DNA from: an uncultured Gemmatimonadales bacterium
GTDB taxonomy: Bacteria; Gemmatimonadota; Gemmatimonadetes; Longimicrobiales; RSA9
Length of the DNA: 64,000 nucleotides
Direction: 5' to 3'
NCBI GenBank assembly: GCA_963798845.1
Contig: CAWCUS010000004.1
Location: forward strand, 352,001-416,000
This document shows, one piece after another, positions 49,922 through 60,313 of the stretch (position 1 is its first letter; the number at the start of each line of letters is the position of its first letter). Under the pieces are notes generated by a model that saw nothing but the letters and a program-made list of their open reading frames with translations, searched no databases and was not told the origin of the DNA. The position numbers and the translations under genes were made by a program.

Positions 49922-51298
49922 CTACGCGCCGGCCTGCGTGGGCCGCTCGATGCCGAGACGGCGCATGATCTTGAGGAGGCTGGCGTGGTCGGCGAGGCCG
50001 AGGTCGTGGGCGGTGCGCGTGATGCCCCAGGCGTTGCGTTCGAGCGCCTCGAGGATGATGGCGCGCTCGGCTTCGGCCTTCCGCTCCTGGTAGGTCCCTT
50101 CGGGGGCTGCTGCGGCGGCGGGGACGGAGGGCCGTCCGCGGATCTCGGCGGGGACGTCGTCGGCTTCGAGCGTGTCGCCGGCGGTGGCGATGAGCATGCG
50201 CTCGATGACGTTGCGCAGCTCGCGGACGTTGTTGCGGCGCCAGTCGTAGTGCATGAGGGCTTCGAGGGCGTCGGGGCTGAAGTTCTTGTGGCGCATTCCG
50301 AAGCGCTCGGCGAGGAGGGCGACGAAGTGGCGGGCGAGCTCGGGGACGTCGGAGAGGCGGTCGCGGAGCGGCGGGATGCGAAGCACGTGGACGTTGAGGC
50401 GGAAGAGCAGGTCCTGGCGGAACGCCCCGGCCTCGACGGCGGCATCGAGGTCGCGGTGGGTGGCGGCGAGGACGCGGGCGCGGACGGAGACGGTCTCGTC
50501 GCCGCCGACGCGGGTGACCTCGCGGCTCTCGAGGGCGCGGAGCAGCTTGGCCTGGGCGGCTGCGGGGAGGTCGCCGATCTCATCGAGGAAGAGGGTGCCC
50601 TTGCCGGCGCGCTCGAAGGCACCCCGCCGCTGGCGGTCGGCGCCAGTGAAAGCGCCGCGCTCATGGCCGAAGAGCTCGCTCTCCACGAGGGCCTCGGGGA
50701 GGGCGGCACTGTTGACGGGCACGAACGGCTCCCCGGGGGCCGCGCCCATGGCGTGGAGGTCGCGGGCCACGAGCTCCTTCCCCGAGCCGCTCTCGCCGAG
50801 GATGAGGACGGGACTGGGGATGGGGGCGAGCCGCTGGATCCCCTCCTGGAGGCGTCGCATGGGGGCGCTGCCGCCGATGAGGGTGGTGTCGACATCGAGC
50901 CGGGCGCGGAGCGTCCGCACCTGGGTCCGGAGCCGCCCGCGCTCGAGCGCGCTCCGCACTTCCTGGATGACGCGCTGCATCGGCTCCGCCTTGTCGATGA
51001 AGCCGAACGCGCCGAGGCGGACGGCGCGAACACAGCGGTCGTAGTCGCCGGTGCCGGTGTAGACGACGACGGGGACGTCCCACCCGCGAAGGGCGAGCTG
51101 GCGCAGCACCTCGAAGCCGTCCATCCCGGGCATCTCGAGGTCGAGGATGACGCAGTCGATCGCCTCGTCGGCCAGGGCTTCGAGGGCATCGGGACCGGAA
51201 GTCGAGACGCGCACCCGCCAGCCGCCCAGGCGCTGGAGGTCGTAGGCGTACTGCTCCGCCATGGCCAGCACATCGTCCACCACCAGGATCCGCGTCAC
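49922..51298 (-). CDS. NtrC-family sigma54-dependent response regulator
   Basis: REC (VVDD, DLEMP), GESGSGKE, ESELFGHERGAFTGA, LFLDEIG, C-terminal HTH. Confidence 0.95.
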   Translation of the reverse strand: MTRILVVDDVLAMAEQYAYDLQRLGGWRVRVSTSGPDALEALADEAIDCVILDLEMPGMDGFEVLRQLALRGWDVPVVVYTGTGDYDRCVRAVRLGAFGFIDKAEPMQRVIQEVRSALERGRLRTQVRTLRARLDVDTTLIGGSAPMRRLQEGIQRLAPIPSPVLILGESGSGKELVARDLHAMGAAPGEPFVPVNSAALPEALVESELFGHERGAFTGADRQRRGAFERAGKGTLFLDEIGDLPAAAQAKLLRALESREVTRVGGDETVSVRARVLAATHRDLDAAVEAGAFRQDLLFRLNVHVLRIPPLRDRLSDVPELARHFVALLAERFGMRHKNFSPDALEALMHYDWRRNNVRELRNVIERMLIATAGDTLEADDVPAEIRGRPSVPAAAAAPEGTYQERKAEAERAIILEALERNAWGITRTAHDLGLADHASLLKIMRRLGIERPTQAGA

Positions 51299-53145
51299 GT
51301 CCTCGCCTCCACGCTGCGGTCGGGATCGGGGTCGGCCGGGCTGTCGGCGCGGCCGGGAGCGGGCAGGATCACCCGGAAGCGGCTGCCCTCGCCGGGCGCG
51401 CTGTCCACGTCGATGCGTCCGCCCAGGTCGCTGACCAGCCGCCGGACGATGGAAAGCCCGAGCCCCGTGCCCCGCGCCTTCGTCGTATAAAAGTCCTGGA
51501 AGATGCGGCCGCGCTCGTCGGGCTGCATCCCGCGGCCGGTGTCCGCCACCTCGAGCACGAGGTCGCCGTCGCCCCGGCGAGTGGTGACGGTGACGCCCGC
51601 GTCATCACCCTCGAGACTTTCGAGTGCGTTCACGACCAGGTTCTCGACGATGCGACGGAGCGCCACGGGGTCGGCTTCCAGGGCCTCGAGGCCAGGCTGC
51701 AGCTCGAGGGAGACGTGTGGCGTCGGCCGGTGGCGTTCGGTGGTCGGCGCGGCCTCGTGCGCCGTTTGCGAAGGGCGCAACGGACTCGTCTCGCTCACCA
51801 CCTCCCGCACGACGGCATTGAGGTCACAGGGGCGGCGCTCGGCGCGGGGCGACAGCCTGGCGTAGCTATCGGCCAGTGCCTCCAGGTACTCGACGCTGGA
51901 CTCCAGGGTCTGCTGCCGCTCGCGGAACACAGACGGCAGCTCGTCCGGGCGGTCGCGGGCGAGCTCGGCCAGATGGCGGACGACGTTCCGGATCGGGGTC
52001 AGTCCGTTGCGGACGTCGTGGTTCACCTGGCGTGCGAGGTCCCCGATCGTGGCCCGGCGCTCGGCATCTCGCAGGCGAGCGGCGCTGGCGCGCAGGCGAA
52101 TCGCCATGCGGTCGAGGACGCGGGAGAGAGTGCCGATCTCGTCGCGGCGGTCGGTGGCGAAGGAGACGTCGAGCCGATCCAGATCCAGGCGGTCCGCCTT
52201 GCCGGCGAGCGCCGTCAGCGGGCGTCCGAGGCGGGCCGAGACCAGGAGCGCCAGCAGCAGGGCGAGCGCCGCCGCGGCCGCCACGGTGAAGAGCAACCAG
52301 CGGTCGAGGCCGCGCAGCACGATCACCAGCGGGGCGGTGGAAGCGCGGACCTCGACACGGGCGAGGCCGTCGTCGTCATCCACGGCCCGGAGCCGAACGA
52401 CGCGGACGTAGGCGCCACCGGGCCCGGCCGTCACCGTATCCAGCCCGGGCGTCTGCATTGCGCTGGATCCAGGGACGCGGGAGGCACCGGGAGGGGCACG
52501 GTCCGTCGGTCCGGCGGCTCCCTGCGGCTGGATGCCGGGCGCTCCGCGCAGAGTCACGTCCAGCCCGGTGCCGCGCGCGAGCCGGGCGAGGAAGGCCTCG
52601 TCGACGGTGGTTCCGCCGACGAGCGTGAGGGTGCGAGGGCCGAGGCGAACGGACCGGGCTCGAGCCAGGGCGAGCAGCGAGCCCGAGGCGGTGGGCATGG
52701 CGACGAGCGCGCCCTGGTCGCCCGCTCGGCGAAGCGCCTCCGGCAGGGTCGGGTCCACGATGTCGTACTCGTTGCGGAAATGACCGGAGCTGAGGACGTG
52801 GCCGTCCTGGTCCTGGATGCGGAGGACGTCGAGGCCCGATAGGCGCATGGCCCGGGCGGCGTAATCGAGGAGGTAGGCCCGGTCGGCCCCCGCCGCGCCG
52901 CGGACGGCCACCCGCAGGCGGTTGTCGTCGGCCATGGCCTCGGCGAGCCGGTCCAGGCGTGCCTCGACCGCCTCGGACTGCCGCGTCATCTCGTCCGCGA
53001 TCACGGCGGCCAGACCGTCCACCCGCCGCTGATCCAGTGCCCGGAGGCGCGCGGTCACGTCCTGCCGGGCGCGCACGCCGAACAATGCCAGCGGCGCCAC
53101 GGCCAGCACGAGGCCGGAGATCAGGATCCGTGTTCGGAAGGTCAC
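51295..53145 (-). CDS. HAMP-domain sensor histidine kinase (NtrY-like)
   Basis: Two TMs, DEIGTL HAMP, HDVRNGLTP, ENLVVNA, DTGRG, TTK.GTGLGL; GTG start overlaps upstream stop. Confidence 0.92.
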   Translation of the reverse strand: MTFRTRILISGLVLAVAPLALFGVRARQDVTARLRALDQRRVDGLAAVIADEMTRQSEAVEARLDRLAEAMADDNRLRVAVRGAAGADRAYLLDYAARAMRLSGLDVLRIQDQDGHVLSSGHFRNEYDIVDPTLPEALRRAGDQGALVAMPTASGSLLALARARSVRLGPRTLTLVGGTTVDEAFLARLARGTGLDVTLRGAPGIQPQGAAGPTDRAPPGASRVPGSSAMQTPGLDTVTAGPGGAYVRVVRLRAVDDDDGLARVEVRASTAPLVIVLRGLDRWLLFTVAAAAALALLLALLVSARLGRPLTALAGKADRLDLDRLDVSFATDRRDEIGTLSRVLDRMAIRLRASAARLRDAERRATIGDLARQVNHDVRNGLTPIRNVVRHLAELARDRPDELPSVFRERQQTLESSVEYLEALADSYARLSPRAERRPCDLNAVVREVVSETSPLRPSQTAHEAAPTTERHRPTPHVSLELQPGLEALEADPVALRRIVENLVVNALESLEGDDAGVTVTTRRGDGDLVLEVADTGRGMQPDERGRIFQDFYTTKARGTGLGLSIVRRLVSDLGGRIDVDSAPGEGSRFRVILPAPGRADSPADPDPDRSVEART

Positions 53146-54587
53146 GGCCGCCTCCGGCGTGCCGCCGTCTCGGGCAGGAGGAGGGTGCCCGCGCCGTCCA
53201 CCCCCAGGCCGGTCACACCCTCGCGGAAAAGGACTGTGCGTCGTGTCTCCACGAGGGGCACCGTCCCGGCCGTCCGAAGCCACGGCGCCCGGCGGCGGGC
53301 TTCCGAGAACAGGCCGCACGGGGACGTTGCGGTGGTGCGCTGCACGGGCAGGATGAAGGCGGCTGCGTCGCCACGTTCGAGCGCCTGCCCGAATGCGTCG
53401 CCGGGAAGGCCCCGGGCGGAGATCGGCGCGCCGCTCGCAGCCAGCGTCGCGGCCACCCACGGCTCCGTTTCCGGCGTGCGGGCCAGCGCCACCAGCCGCT
53501 GCGCCAGCCCCGCGGCGGTCGCGTCGTCGCCAGGAAAGACGACGGCCCTCTGCCCGGCGGAGGTGCCGCCACTGACGCTGACGAGCCCGGGCCCCGGACC
53601 GCCGGGCGCGAAGCCCGGGTCGGCGGGGGCGCCCACGGGGGGGCACGCTTCCATGCCGCCCGGCGGGGCTTCGGCCGGCCTCGCCTCGACCCGCACGGCG
53701 TCCCGCGCCAGGGCCCGGAGCGCGGCGGGGGTCGGGCCCCCGTGGTCTCGCCCCGACACACGGCCGGGCACGAGCAGCAGGTATGCGCGGTCCCAGGGCA
53801 GGGGAGCGCGCTGGTAGCCGCCCCCGGCTGCGGCGTAGTCCAGCGTGGCCGGATCCCTCGTGACCAGGAGATCCACGCCGGCGTCGACGGCGTTCCTCGG
53901 GTCCCCGGCAGTGAGCCGGAACACGACTTCGCCGTGCCCCGAGACGGCACGCAGCACGAGTCCGGACAGCGGCCCTGGCGCCGCCGCCGCCGCCGGGCTG
54001 TACGGCCCCGTGCCCGCGGGCCAGCCGGCCGTGTCCGCCGGGAGCGCCACCGCCATCTCGGGGCGCGCGAAATACGCGGGCGTGACGGGTGCGGGGACGT
54101 CGACCCGTAGCGTGCTGTCATCGAAGATGTCCAGGGCGACGAGATCTCCGGCGCCCGTGGTGGCGAGCCAGCTCCGGCTCACGTCCGACGTCGTCACGAC
54201 AGCGCCGTTCCAGGTCCGGGGGTCGGTTCGAAGATGGAACGTCCACCGGCGCCCGTCGTCGTCGACCCGCCAAGAGCTGGCCAGCAGGGGTCGGGCCTCG
54301 CCCCGGCAGTCGATGCGGACGAGCGTTTCGTAGAGCTGCGCGAACACGAACCGCTCGGCCTCGGACCGGGGCACGGGGGCGTGAGCGGGGTCGATGGGGC
54401 CTGGAAGGGCGGCCACGATCGCGGGCGATGAGGGGCCAATGGAAGCGGGGAACACGCACCGGTCCTCGCCCGGTGCGGGGCCATTCGCCCCCCGGCCGCC
54501 CGCGCACCCCGCCAGCCCTGCCAGAAGCAGGGCGAACGCCGGGGAGGCGAGGCGGGTGGGGGCCGACGGCGGCGCAGGCACGGTCAT
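53142..54587 (-). CDS. family-5 extracellular solute-binding-like lipoprotein
   Basis: LAG-C lipobox; IDPA, QLYETLV..PLLASSW..WTFHLR, GTGPY. Confidence 0.78.
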   Translation of the reverse strand: MTVPAPPSAPTRLASPAFALLLAGLAGCAGGRGANGPAPGEDRCVFPASIGPSSPAIVAALPGPIDPAHAPVPRSEAERFVFAQLYETLVRIDCRGEARPLLASSWRVDDDGRRWTFHLRTDPRTWNGAVVTTSDVSRSWLATTGAGDLVALDIFDDSTLRVDVPAPVTPAYFARPEMAVALPADTAGWPAGTGPYSPAAAAAPGPLSGLVLRAVSGHGEVVFRLTAGDPRNAVDAGVDLLVTRDPATLDYAAAGGGYQRAPLPWDRAYLLLVPGRVSGRDHGGPTPAALRALARDAVRVEARPAEAPPGGMEACPPVGAPADPGFAPGGPGPGLVSVSGGTSAGQRAVVFPGDDATAAGLAQRLVALARTPETEPWVAATLAASGAPISARGLPGDAFGQALERGDAAAFILPVQRTTATSPCGLFSEARRRAPWLRTAGTVPLVETRRTVLFREGVTGLGVDGAGTLLLPETAARRRRP

Positions 54588-54625
54588 GAGATGTGCTACC
54601 CCAGGCAGTGGCGCGGAGGATCCCC

Positions 54626-55753
54626 TCATTCCGACGCCCGCACCGCCAGCTCGACCTTCCTGTCGTCGTCGGGGCGCGCCAGGAACGCGGCGAGGGACTC
54701 CGCCTGCTCGGCCGCGGCGGCCTCGTCCTCCGGGGACACGCGCTGGAACAGCTCGACGGTGAGCGTGAGGGCCCCGCGTCCTCGCCGGCTGCGCCACATC
54801 CCGGCGACGAAGCCGTCCACGAGCACGGTGCCGGGGACCATGCCGTTGCGGGACGCGAGCCATGGGCGGTGGCGGTCCGGGATGATGCGCGTGCGGTCGG
54901 CGTGCGAGAGAACGAGGTTGTCGAAGCCAGCGACGAGCCGGAGCGGCGCCGGAGCGTCCGGTCCCGGCCTGGGCGCGTCGGGGACGTCGAACAGGGCGCG
55001 GCCGTGGGCGTCGTGGAAGGCGCGGAGGCGTGCACGCAGGCGCTCGATCACCTCTCGGAGGCCGGTGAGTCCGGACCACTGCTGGACGTCCGCCACTCCG
55101 GCGGGCCCGAAGCCCGCGAGATAGCGCAGCACGAGGGTGTCGAGGTCGGTGGGAGTGGCGGGTGCGGCGAAGCGTCCGTGCAGTACCGTGTCGGCGGCGG
55201 CGTGGATGGCCCGACCGCTCCGGCCCCACACGCCGCGGGGCGGGAGCTGGACCATCGGCAGCCAGGCGCGGGCCGCGTTCGCGAGCGCGGACGTGCCGGG
55301 CTCCGGCCACCGCTCGGCCAGGCGCCGTCCCAGCTCCGACGTTGTCGTCGGCTTCTCTTCGATCACCGCGCGGGCCGCGGCGGCGAGCGCTTCCGGGTCC
55401 ACGCCGTCCAGGCGGCGCCCATAGCTGGCGCGCAGGCCTCGATCAATGGCGGGCTGGACGAGCGGCCGCAGCCGGAGGGCGTCGCGGCGGGTGACCAGGT
55501 GGATGGTGGAGCGCATGAGCGCCATCCGAACGGCCTGGCCCTGCTGGACGGCCTCCCCCAGCCCTTCCGGACGGAACCCCTCCAGACGCGACCAGAGGCC
55601 CACGTACGGCTGCACCGGATCCTGGGCCTGGAGGCCGACCAGGCGTTCGAGCGCATCCGGCACGGACAGCCGCTCGCGGCGGAGCAGCATCTGGCGCGCC
55701 AGCAGCGCCCGGTTCAGCGCGCGCTCTCCAAGCACCTCGGGTCGGGACGGCAT
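54626..55753 (-). CDS. AlkZ/YcaQ-like (HTH_42) DNA glycosylase
   Basis: LNRALLARQ.LL, GLQAQ motif, LWSRL, MRSTIHLV, RYL.GFGPA..D..WSG. Confidence 0.88.
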   Translation of the reverse strand: MPSRPEVLGERALNRALLARQMLLRRERLSVPDALERLVGLQAQDPVQPYVGLWSRLEGFRPEGLGEAVQQGQAVRMALMRSTIHLVTRRDALRLRPLVQPAIDRGLRASYGRRLDGVDPEALAAAARAVIEEKPTTTSELGRRLAERWPEPGTSALANAARAWLPMVQLPPRGVWGRSGRAIHAAADTVLHGRFAAPATPTDLDTLVLRYLAGFGPAGVADVQQWSGLTGLREVIERLRARLRAFHDAHGRALFDVPDAPRPGPDAPAPLRLVAGFDNLVLSHADRTRIIPDRHRPWLASRNGMVPGTVLVDGFVAGMWRSRRGRGALTLTVELFQRVSPEDEAAAAEQAESLAAFLARPDDDRKVELAVRASE

Positions 55754-55849
55754 GGGTGCGAAGCCTCGGGCCGTCGGCGTCGCGCCGCAACCCGGGTCTA
55801 ACTGGATCCTATCGGGCGTGCTTCGCTCCGCCGCGCCGCCGCACTCCCC

Positions 55850-56365
55850 TCAGGCGTCGGGTCGCAGGTCGGCGAACAGTCCCGCCACTTTCGCCTCCAG
55901 CGCAAGCAGCCGCTTCTTCCGCTCCATCCCGCCGCCGTAGCCGGTGAGGGAGCCGTCCGCCCCAATGACGCGATGGCAGGGGATGACGATGGGCAGCGGG
56001 TTCGCGCCGTTGGCCGCGCCCACGGCCCGCGCGGAGCCCGGGGCCCCGATGGCGGCCGCGATCTCGCCGTACGACGCGGTCTCACCGTACGGGATGGCTT
56101 CCAGCGCTGTCCACACGCGGCGCTGGAACGGCGTGCCCCGCGGCGACAGCGGGAGCGAAAAGGTCCGGCGCTTCCCGGCGAAGTAGGATTCCAGCTGGCG
56201 GCGTGCCTCCGCCAGGGCGGCGTCGGCATCGTCGCGCGGGGCGCCGGCCGTGGACGAGGCGACGGCCGCCGGGCCGAAGTCGATTGCTGCGAGAGCGCCG
56301 TCCTCCGCTACCAGGGTCAGGGGCCCGACCGGGCTCTGCATCTCCGTCCAGACTCTCGTGCTCAC
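55850..56365 (-). CDS. ogt: methylated-DNA--protein-cysteine S-methyltransferase
   Basis: SPVG.L, GTPFQ..VW..L..IPYGE, RAVG.ANG.NP, PCHRV active site, GYGGG. Confidence 0.95.
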   Translation of the reverse strand: MSTRVWTEMQSPVGPLTLVAEDGALAAIDFGPAAVASSTAGAPRDDADAALAEARRQLESYFAGKRRTFSLPLSPRGTPFQRRVWTALEAIPYGETASYGEIAAAIGAPGSARAVGAANGANPLPIVIPCHRVIGADGSLTGYGGGMERKKRLLALEAKVAGLFADLRPDA

Positions 56366-57876
56366 GTGTCCTCGCCTCCGTTCGGGTGCCGACCTTCCCA
56401 CAGGTACATGGCGGCGTACGCGCGCCACGGGCGCCACGACTCCGCCCTTTCTTCCGGTCTCGCGCCGGCCAGCGCCCGGCGGATCCCTAGATCCGTGGCC
56501 GGGAACGCGTCGGGCCAGTGTAGCGCCCGCATGGCCACGTACTGAGCCGTCCACGGTCCGATCCCGCGGATCCGCAGCATTCCGGCCACCGAGGCATCCG
56601 TGTCGGCGCCCGGCGCCAGGTCCACGCGGCCCGATGCGACGGCTTCCGCCAGCGCCACCAGCGTGGCAGCCCGGGAGGCCGGAAGCCCGATCCGGGCCAC
56701 CGTTCCCGCGTCTTCTCCGGCCAGCCGGTGGGCGGTGACCGGAAGCCGGTCGAGCGCGGTCGATCCCGCTTCGCGGGCCTCGTCCGCGGCGTTGTCCGGG
56801 AGCGGATCGCCGAACGCGGCAGCGAGGCGCCCCGCCAACGTGGTGGCGCCGCGGACGCTGACCTGCTGGCCCAGAATCGCGCGCGAGGCCACCTCGAACC
56901 CATCCAGGGCGCCGGGAACGCGCAGGCCGGGGAGCCGCCGGACCGACGTCGCCAGAGTCGCGTCGCGCTCCAGGGCGGCCGCTATGGCCGCCGGGTCCGC
57001 GTCCAGGTCGAACAGGTGGCGGATGCGGGCGAGGAGCGGCATGAGCACGGGCGCCAGCGAGGCGGACGCGCGCACCTCGAGCGCCGGGAGGGGCATCGGT
57101 GCAGGACGCGCCTCGATCCAGCCCACCTGTCCGCCGAGCGCCACCGTGCGCGTGTAGGCGACCCCGTCCACGGCCTCCACTCCCGGCGTGGCACGAGCGC
57201 CCAGGAAGCGCAGCAGCTGCGCCCAGGCGAGCGGCGGCCGGTACTCCAGCCGGAGCACGGCCGCGGCGGGGGGCGTCGGAGAACCGTCGTCCGCATCCCG
57301 CCGCAGCCGCGTCGGGCTCATGCGGTATCGCGCGCTGAACAGGGCGTTGAAGCGGCTGACGCTGGAGAACCCGCTGGCGAACGCCACGCGGATCACGGGC
57401 AGCGACGTCTCCGTCAGGAGCTGCTTCGCGAGAAGCAGCCGCCGCGTCTGCGCGAGCTCCACCGGCGACACCCCGAACTCCCGCTTGACCGCGCGCCGGA
57501 GCTGCCGCTCGCCGACGCACAGCCCCGCCGCCAGGTCCCGGACCGAGCCGCCGTTGAGCGCCCCCGCGCCAATGCGCTCGAACGCAGCTTCGGCCAGCCG
57601 GCTCCGGACGTCCACCCGCGACCGACCGGGCGCTCGCTCAGGTCGGCACCGCAGGCACGGCCGATAGCCCGCGGACTCCGCCGCCGCCGCCGTATCGAAG
57701 AACGCGCAGTTCTCACGCTTCGGCGTGCGGGCCGGACAGACCGGACGGCAGTAGATCCCGGTCGATGACACGCCCACGAAGAATACGCCGTCGAATCGGC
57801 GGTCGCGGGCGTGGAGCGCGCGGTAGCGGGCGTCGGGGCCCAGGGCGGCTTCGGTACGGCGATCAGCGATTGGCAT
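56362..57876 (-). CDS. alkA: Ada Zn-binding/AraC domain fused to AlkA DNA-3-methyladenine glycosylase II
   Basis: TGIYCRPVC, GYRPCLRCRP, AraC HTH (FASGFSS), AILGQQVS, HhH GIGPWTA, D.G, WRPWRAYA. Confidence 0.93.
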   Translation of the reverse strand: MPIADRRTEAALGPDARYRALHARDRRFDGVFFVGVSSTGIYCRPVCPARTPKRENCAFFDTAAAAESAGYRPCLRCRPERAPGRSRVDVRSRLAEAAFERIGAGALNGGSVRDLAAGLCVGERQLRRAVKREFGVSPVELAQTRRLLLAKQLLTETSLPVIRVAFASGFSSVSRFNALFSARYRMSPTRLRRDADDGSPTPPAAAVLRLEYRPPLAWAQLLRFLGARATPGVEAVDGVAYTRTVALGGQVGWIEARPAPMPLPALEVRASASLAPVLMPLLARIRHLFDLDADPAAIAAALERDATLATSVRRLPGLRVPGALDGFEVASRAILGQQVSVRGATTLAGRLAAAFGDPLPDNAADEAREAGSTALDRLPVTAHRLAGEDAGTVARIGLPASRAATLVALAEAVASGRVDLAPGADTDASVAGMLRIRGIGPWTAQYVAMRALHWPDAFPATDLGIRRALAGARPEERAESWRPWRAYAAMYLWEGRHPNGGEDT

Positions 57877-58052
57877 GAGCGGAATGTAACCCGTGCGGCG
57901 GTCCGCCACTCACCGTTTTCGGACATGGACATGGCACGCCGGGAGGGAGCGCGGCAGACCGCGGCCCGAACGCGCGGCCGTCGACGACCGGCGGGCCTCC
58001 TTGCGGCCATTCCTCACCGGGGTAGAATCAACGGAAACGCATAACACGGGAG

Positions 58053-60182
58053 ATGATCATGCGATCTGCGATCGCCCTGATGTGCCTGATGGTGGCCCTC
58101 ACGACCACGGCGCGCGCACAGCAGCCGGCTGCGCCCACGGCGGACACGACCGATCCGTTCCTCTGGCTGGAAGCGCAGCGGGGCGAGCGAGCCATGTCGT
58201 GGGTCGAAGCCGAGAACGCCAAGACCACGGCGGTCCTCGAGAACGACCCTGCCTATGCGGCGCTCTATCGCGACGCGCTGACGATCGCGCAGGCCCGCGA
58301 CCGGATCCCTTACGCGTACTTCCTGGGCGGGGACCTCTACAATTTCTGGCAGGACAGCGCTCACGTCCGTGGCATCTGGCGCCGGACGACGCTGGCCAGC
58401 TATCGGAGCGCGTCTCCAGAATGGACGACGGTGCTCGACCTGGATTCCCTGGCGACGGCGGAGAACGCCAACTGGGTGTGGAGGGGCGCGAACTGCGCGG
58501 CGCCGGCCGAGCGACACTGCCTGCTCGCGCTCTCCGACGGCGGCGAGGATGCGGTCACCTTCCGCGAGTTCGACGTCGAGGCGCGCTCGTTCGTTGACGG
58601 CGGCTTCGAGCTTTCGCGGGGCAAGCAGCGGGTGGCCTGGCAGGGCCAGGACACGCTGCTCGTTTCGCGCGAATGGCAGGAGGGGGAGCTGACGCCTTCC
58701 GGCTATCCGTACATCGTGAAGCGGCTGGTCCGCGGGCAGCCGCTCGACAGCGCAGTGGAGGTGTTCCGCGGCGATCCCAATGACGGAGGGTATGGTGTTA
58801 CGCCCGGAACCCTCGTGGACGGGGCGGGCCACAGGGCGATCGTGATCGAGCGCCCGCTCACCACGTTCGAGTCGGAGAAGTACCTGGTCGCGCCGTCCGG
58901 GGTGGTGAAGCTGGCGATCCCGCTCAAGTCGAACATCACCGACATGGTGGAGGGGCAGGTCATCGTCCAGCTCTCCGAGCCGTGGAAGGATGGGGAGACG
59001 AGCATCGCGTCCGGCGCGCTGGCATCGTTCGATGCCGAGGGAGCTGCCGAGCATCCCGACCATCTCGAGCCGATGGCCATTTTTGTTCCGGGCCCGCGCG
59101 AGTCGGTGGGCGGTGCCTCGACCACGCGCGACCGCATGCTCGCGAGCGTGTACGAGAACGTGCGGGGGAGGGTGTTCACGTTCGCGCGCGCCGCGGACGG
59201 CAGCTGGACGCGGCAGCGCCTGTCGCTGCCGGACAACCTGTCCACCGCGGTCATGAGCGCCAACGTGCAGGGCGAGGACGCGCTCATCAGCGTCAGCGGG
59301 TTCCTCACGCCGAGCAGCGTCTGGCTTTCCGACGCGCGCAAGCAGGAGGTCACGCAGCTGAAGTCGCTGCCGCCCCAGTTCGATGCCGCCGCCGACACGG
59401 TAGAGCAGCTGGAGGCGACGTCGACCGACGGCACGAAGATCCCCTACTTCGTGGTGCACCCCCGGGGCATGAAGCTGGACGGGACCAATCCAACCATTCT
59501 CAACGCGTACGGCGGGTTCGAGGTGTCGGAGACGCCGCGCTACAGCGGCATCATCGGGAAGCTGTGGCTCGAGCGGGGTGGTGTGTTCGTGCTGGCCAAC
59601 ATCCGGGGCGGCGGGGAGTTCGGCCCGGCGTGGCACGAGGCCGGCCTGAAGACCCACCGGCAGATCATCTACGACGACTTCGCCTCCGTCGCCCACGACC
59701 TGATCGCCCGCGGGATCACCAGCCCCCGGCGGCTCGGGATCATGGGCGGGTCGAACGGCGGGCTGCTGATGGGCGTCGAGATGACGCAGAACCCCGACCT
59801 CTTCCACGCGGTGGACATCCAGGTGCCGCTGCTGGACATGCTCCGCTACGAGTACATCGATGCGGGCAGCTCGTGGGTCGGCGAGTACGGCAGCGTTTCC
59901 AATCCGGCCGAGCGCGCGTTCCTGGCGTCCATCTCACCGTACCAGAACCTGAAGCGGGGCGTGGAGTACCCCGAGCCGCTGATCTGGACCACGACCAAGG
60001 ACGACCGGGTCGGGCCCCAGCACGCGCGCAAGTTCGCGGCGAAGATGGCGTCGTTCGGTGATCCGTACCTGTTCTACGAGGTGACCGAGGGCGGCCACGG
60101 CGCGGGCGCGAACCTGCGGGAGTCGGCGCACACGAACGCGCTGGAGTTCACGTACTTCACGCGCAAGCTCATGGGTCAGTGA
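58053..60182 (+). CDS. prolyl oligopeptidase (S9A), exported
   Basis: Signal peptide, DPFLWLE, YGGF, RGGGEFG, GGSNGG nucleophile, DDRV, GGH. Confidence 0.95.
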   Translation: MIMRSAIALMCLMVALTTTARAQQPAAPTADTTDPFLWLEAQRGERAMSWVEAENAKTTAVLENDPAYAALYRDALTIAQARDRIPYAYFLGGDLYNFWQDSAHVRGIWRRTTLASYRSASPEWTTVLDLDSLATAENANWVWRGANCAAPAERHCLLALSDGGEDAVTFREFDVEARSFVDGGFELSRGKQRVAWQGQDTLLVSREWQEGELTPSGYPYIVKRLVRGQPLDSAVEVFRGDPNDGGYGVTPGTLVDGAGHRAIVIERPLTTFESEKYLVAPSGVVKLAIPLKSNITDMVEGQVIVQLSEPWKDGETSIASGALASFDAEGAAEHPDHLEPMAIFVPGPRESVGGASTTRDRMLASVYENVRGRVFTFARAADGSWTRQRLSLPDNLSTAVMSANVQGEDALISVSGFLTPSSVWLSDARKQEVTQLKSLPPQFDAAADTVEQLEATSTDGTKIPYFVVHPRGMKLDGTNPTILNAYGGFEVSETPRYSGIIGKLWLERGGVFVLANIRGGGEFGPAWHEAGLKTHRQIIYDDFASVAHDLIARGITSPRRLGIMGGSNGGLLMGVEMTQNPDLFHAVDIQVPLLDMLRYEYIDAGSSWVGEYGSVSNPAERAFLASISPYQNLKRGVEYPEPLIWTTTKDDRVGPQHARKFAAKMASFGDPYLFYEVTEGGHGAGANLRESAHTNALEFTYFTRKLMGQ

Positions 60183-60313
60183 AGCAGGACGCCCCCGAGC
60201 GCGGCCACGCCGACCGTGATCATCGAATACGTGTCGGACACCGGGAGCGGGGGCGTCACGACGCTTCGACGGCGCGGTCACCCGGCGCCGGGTGACCTGC
60301 GACGCCGCAGGGG

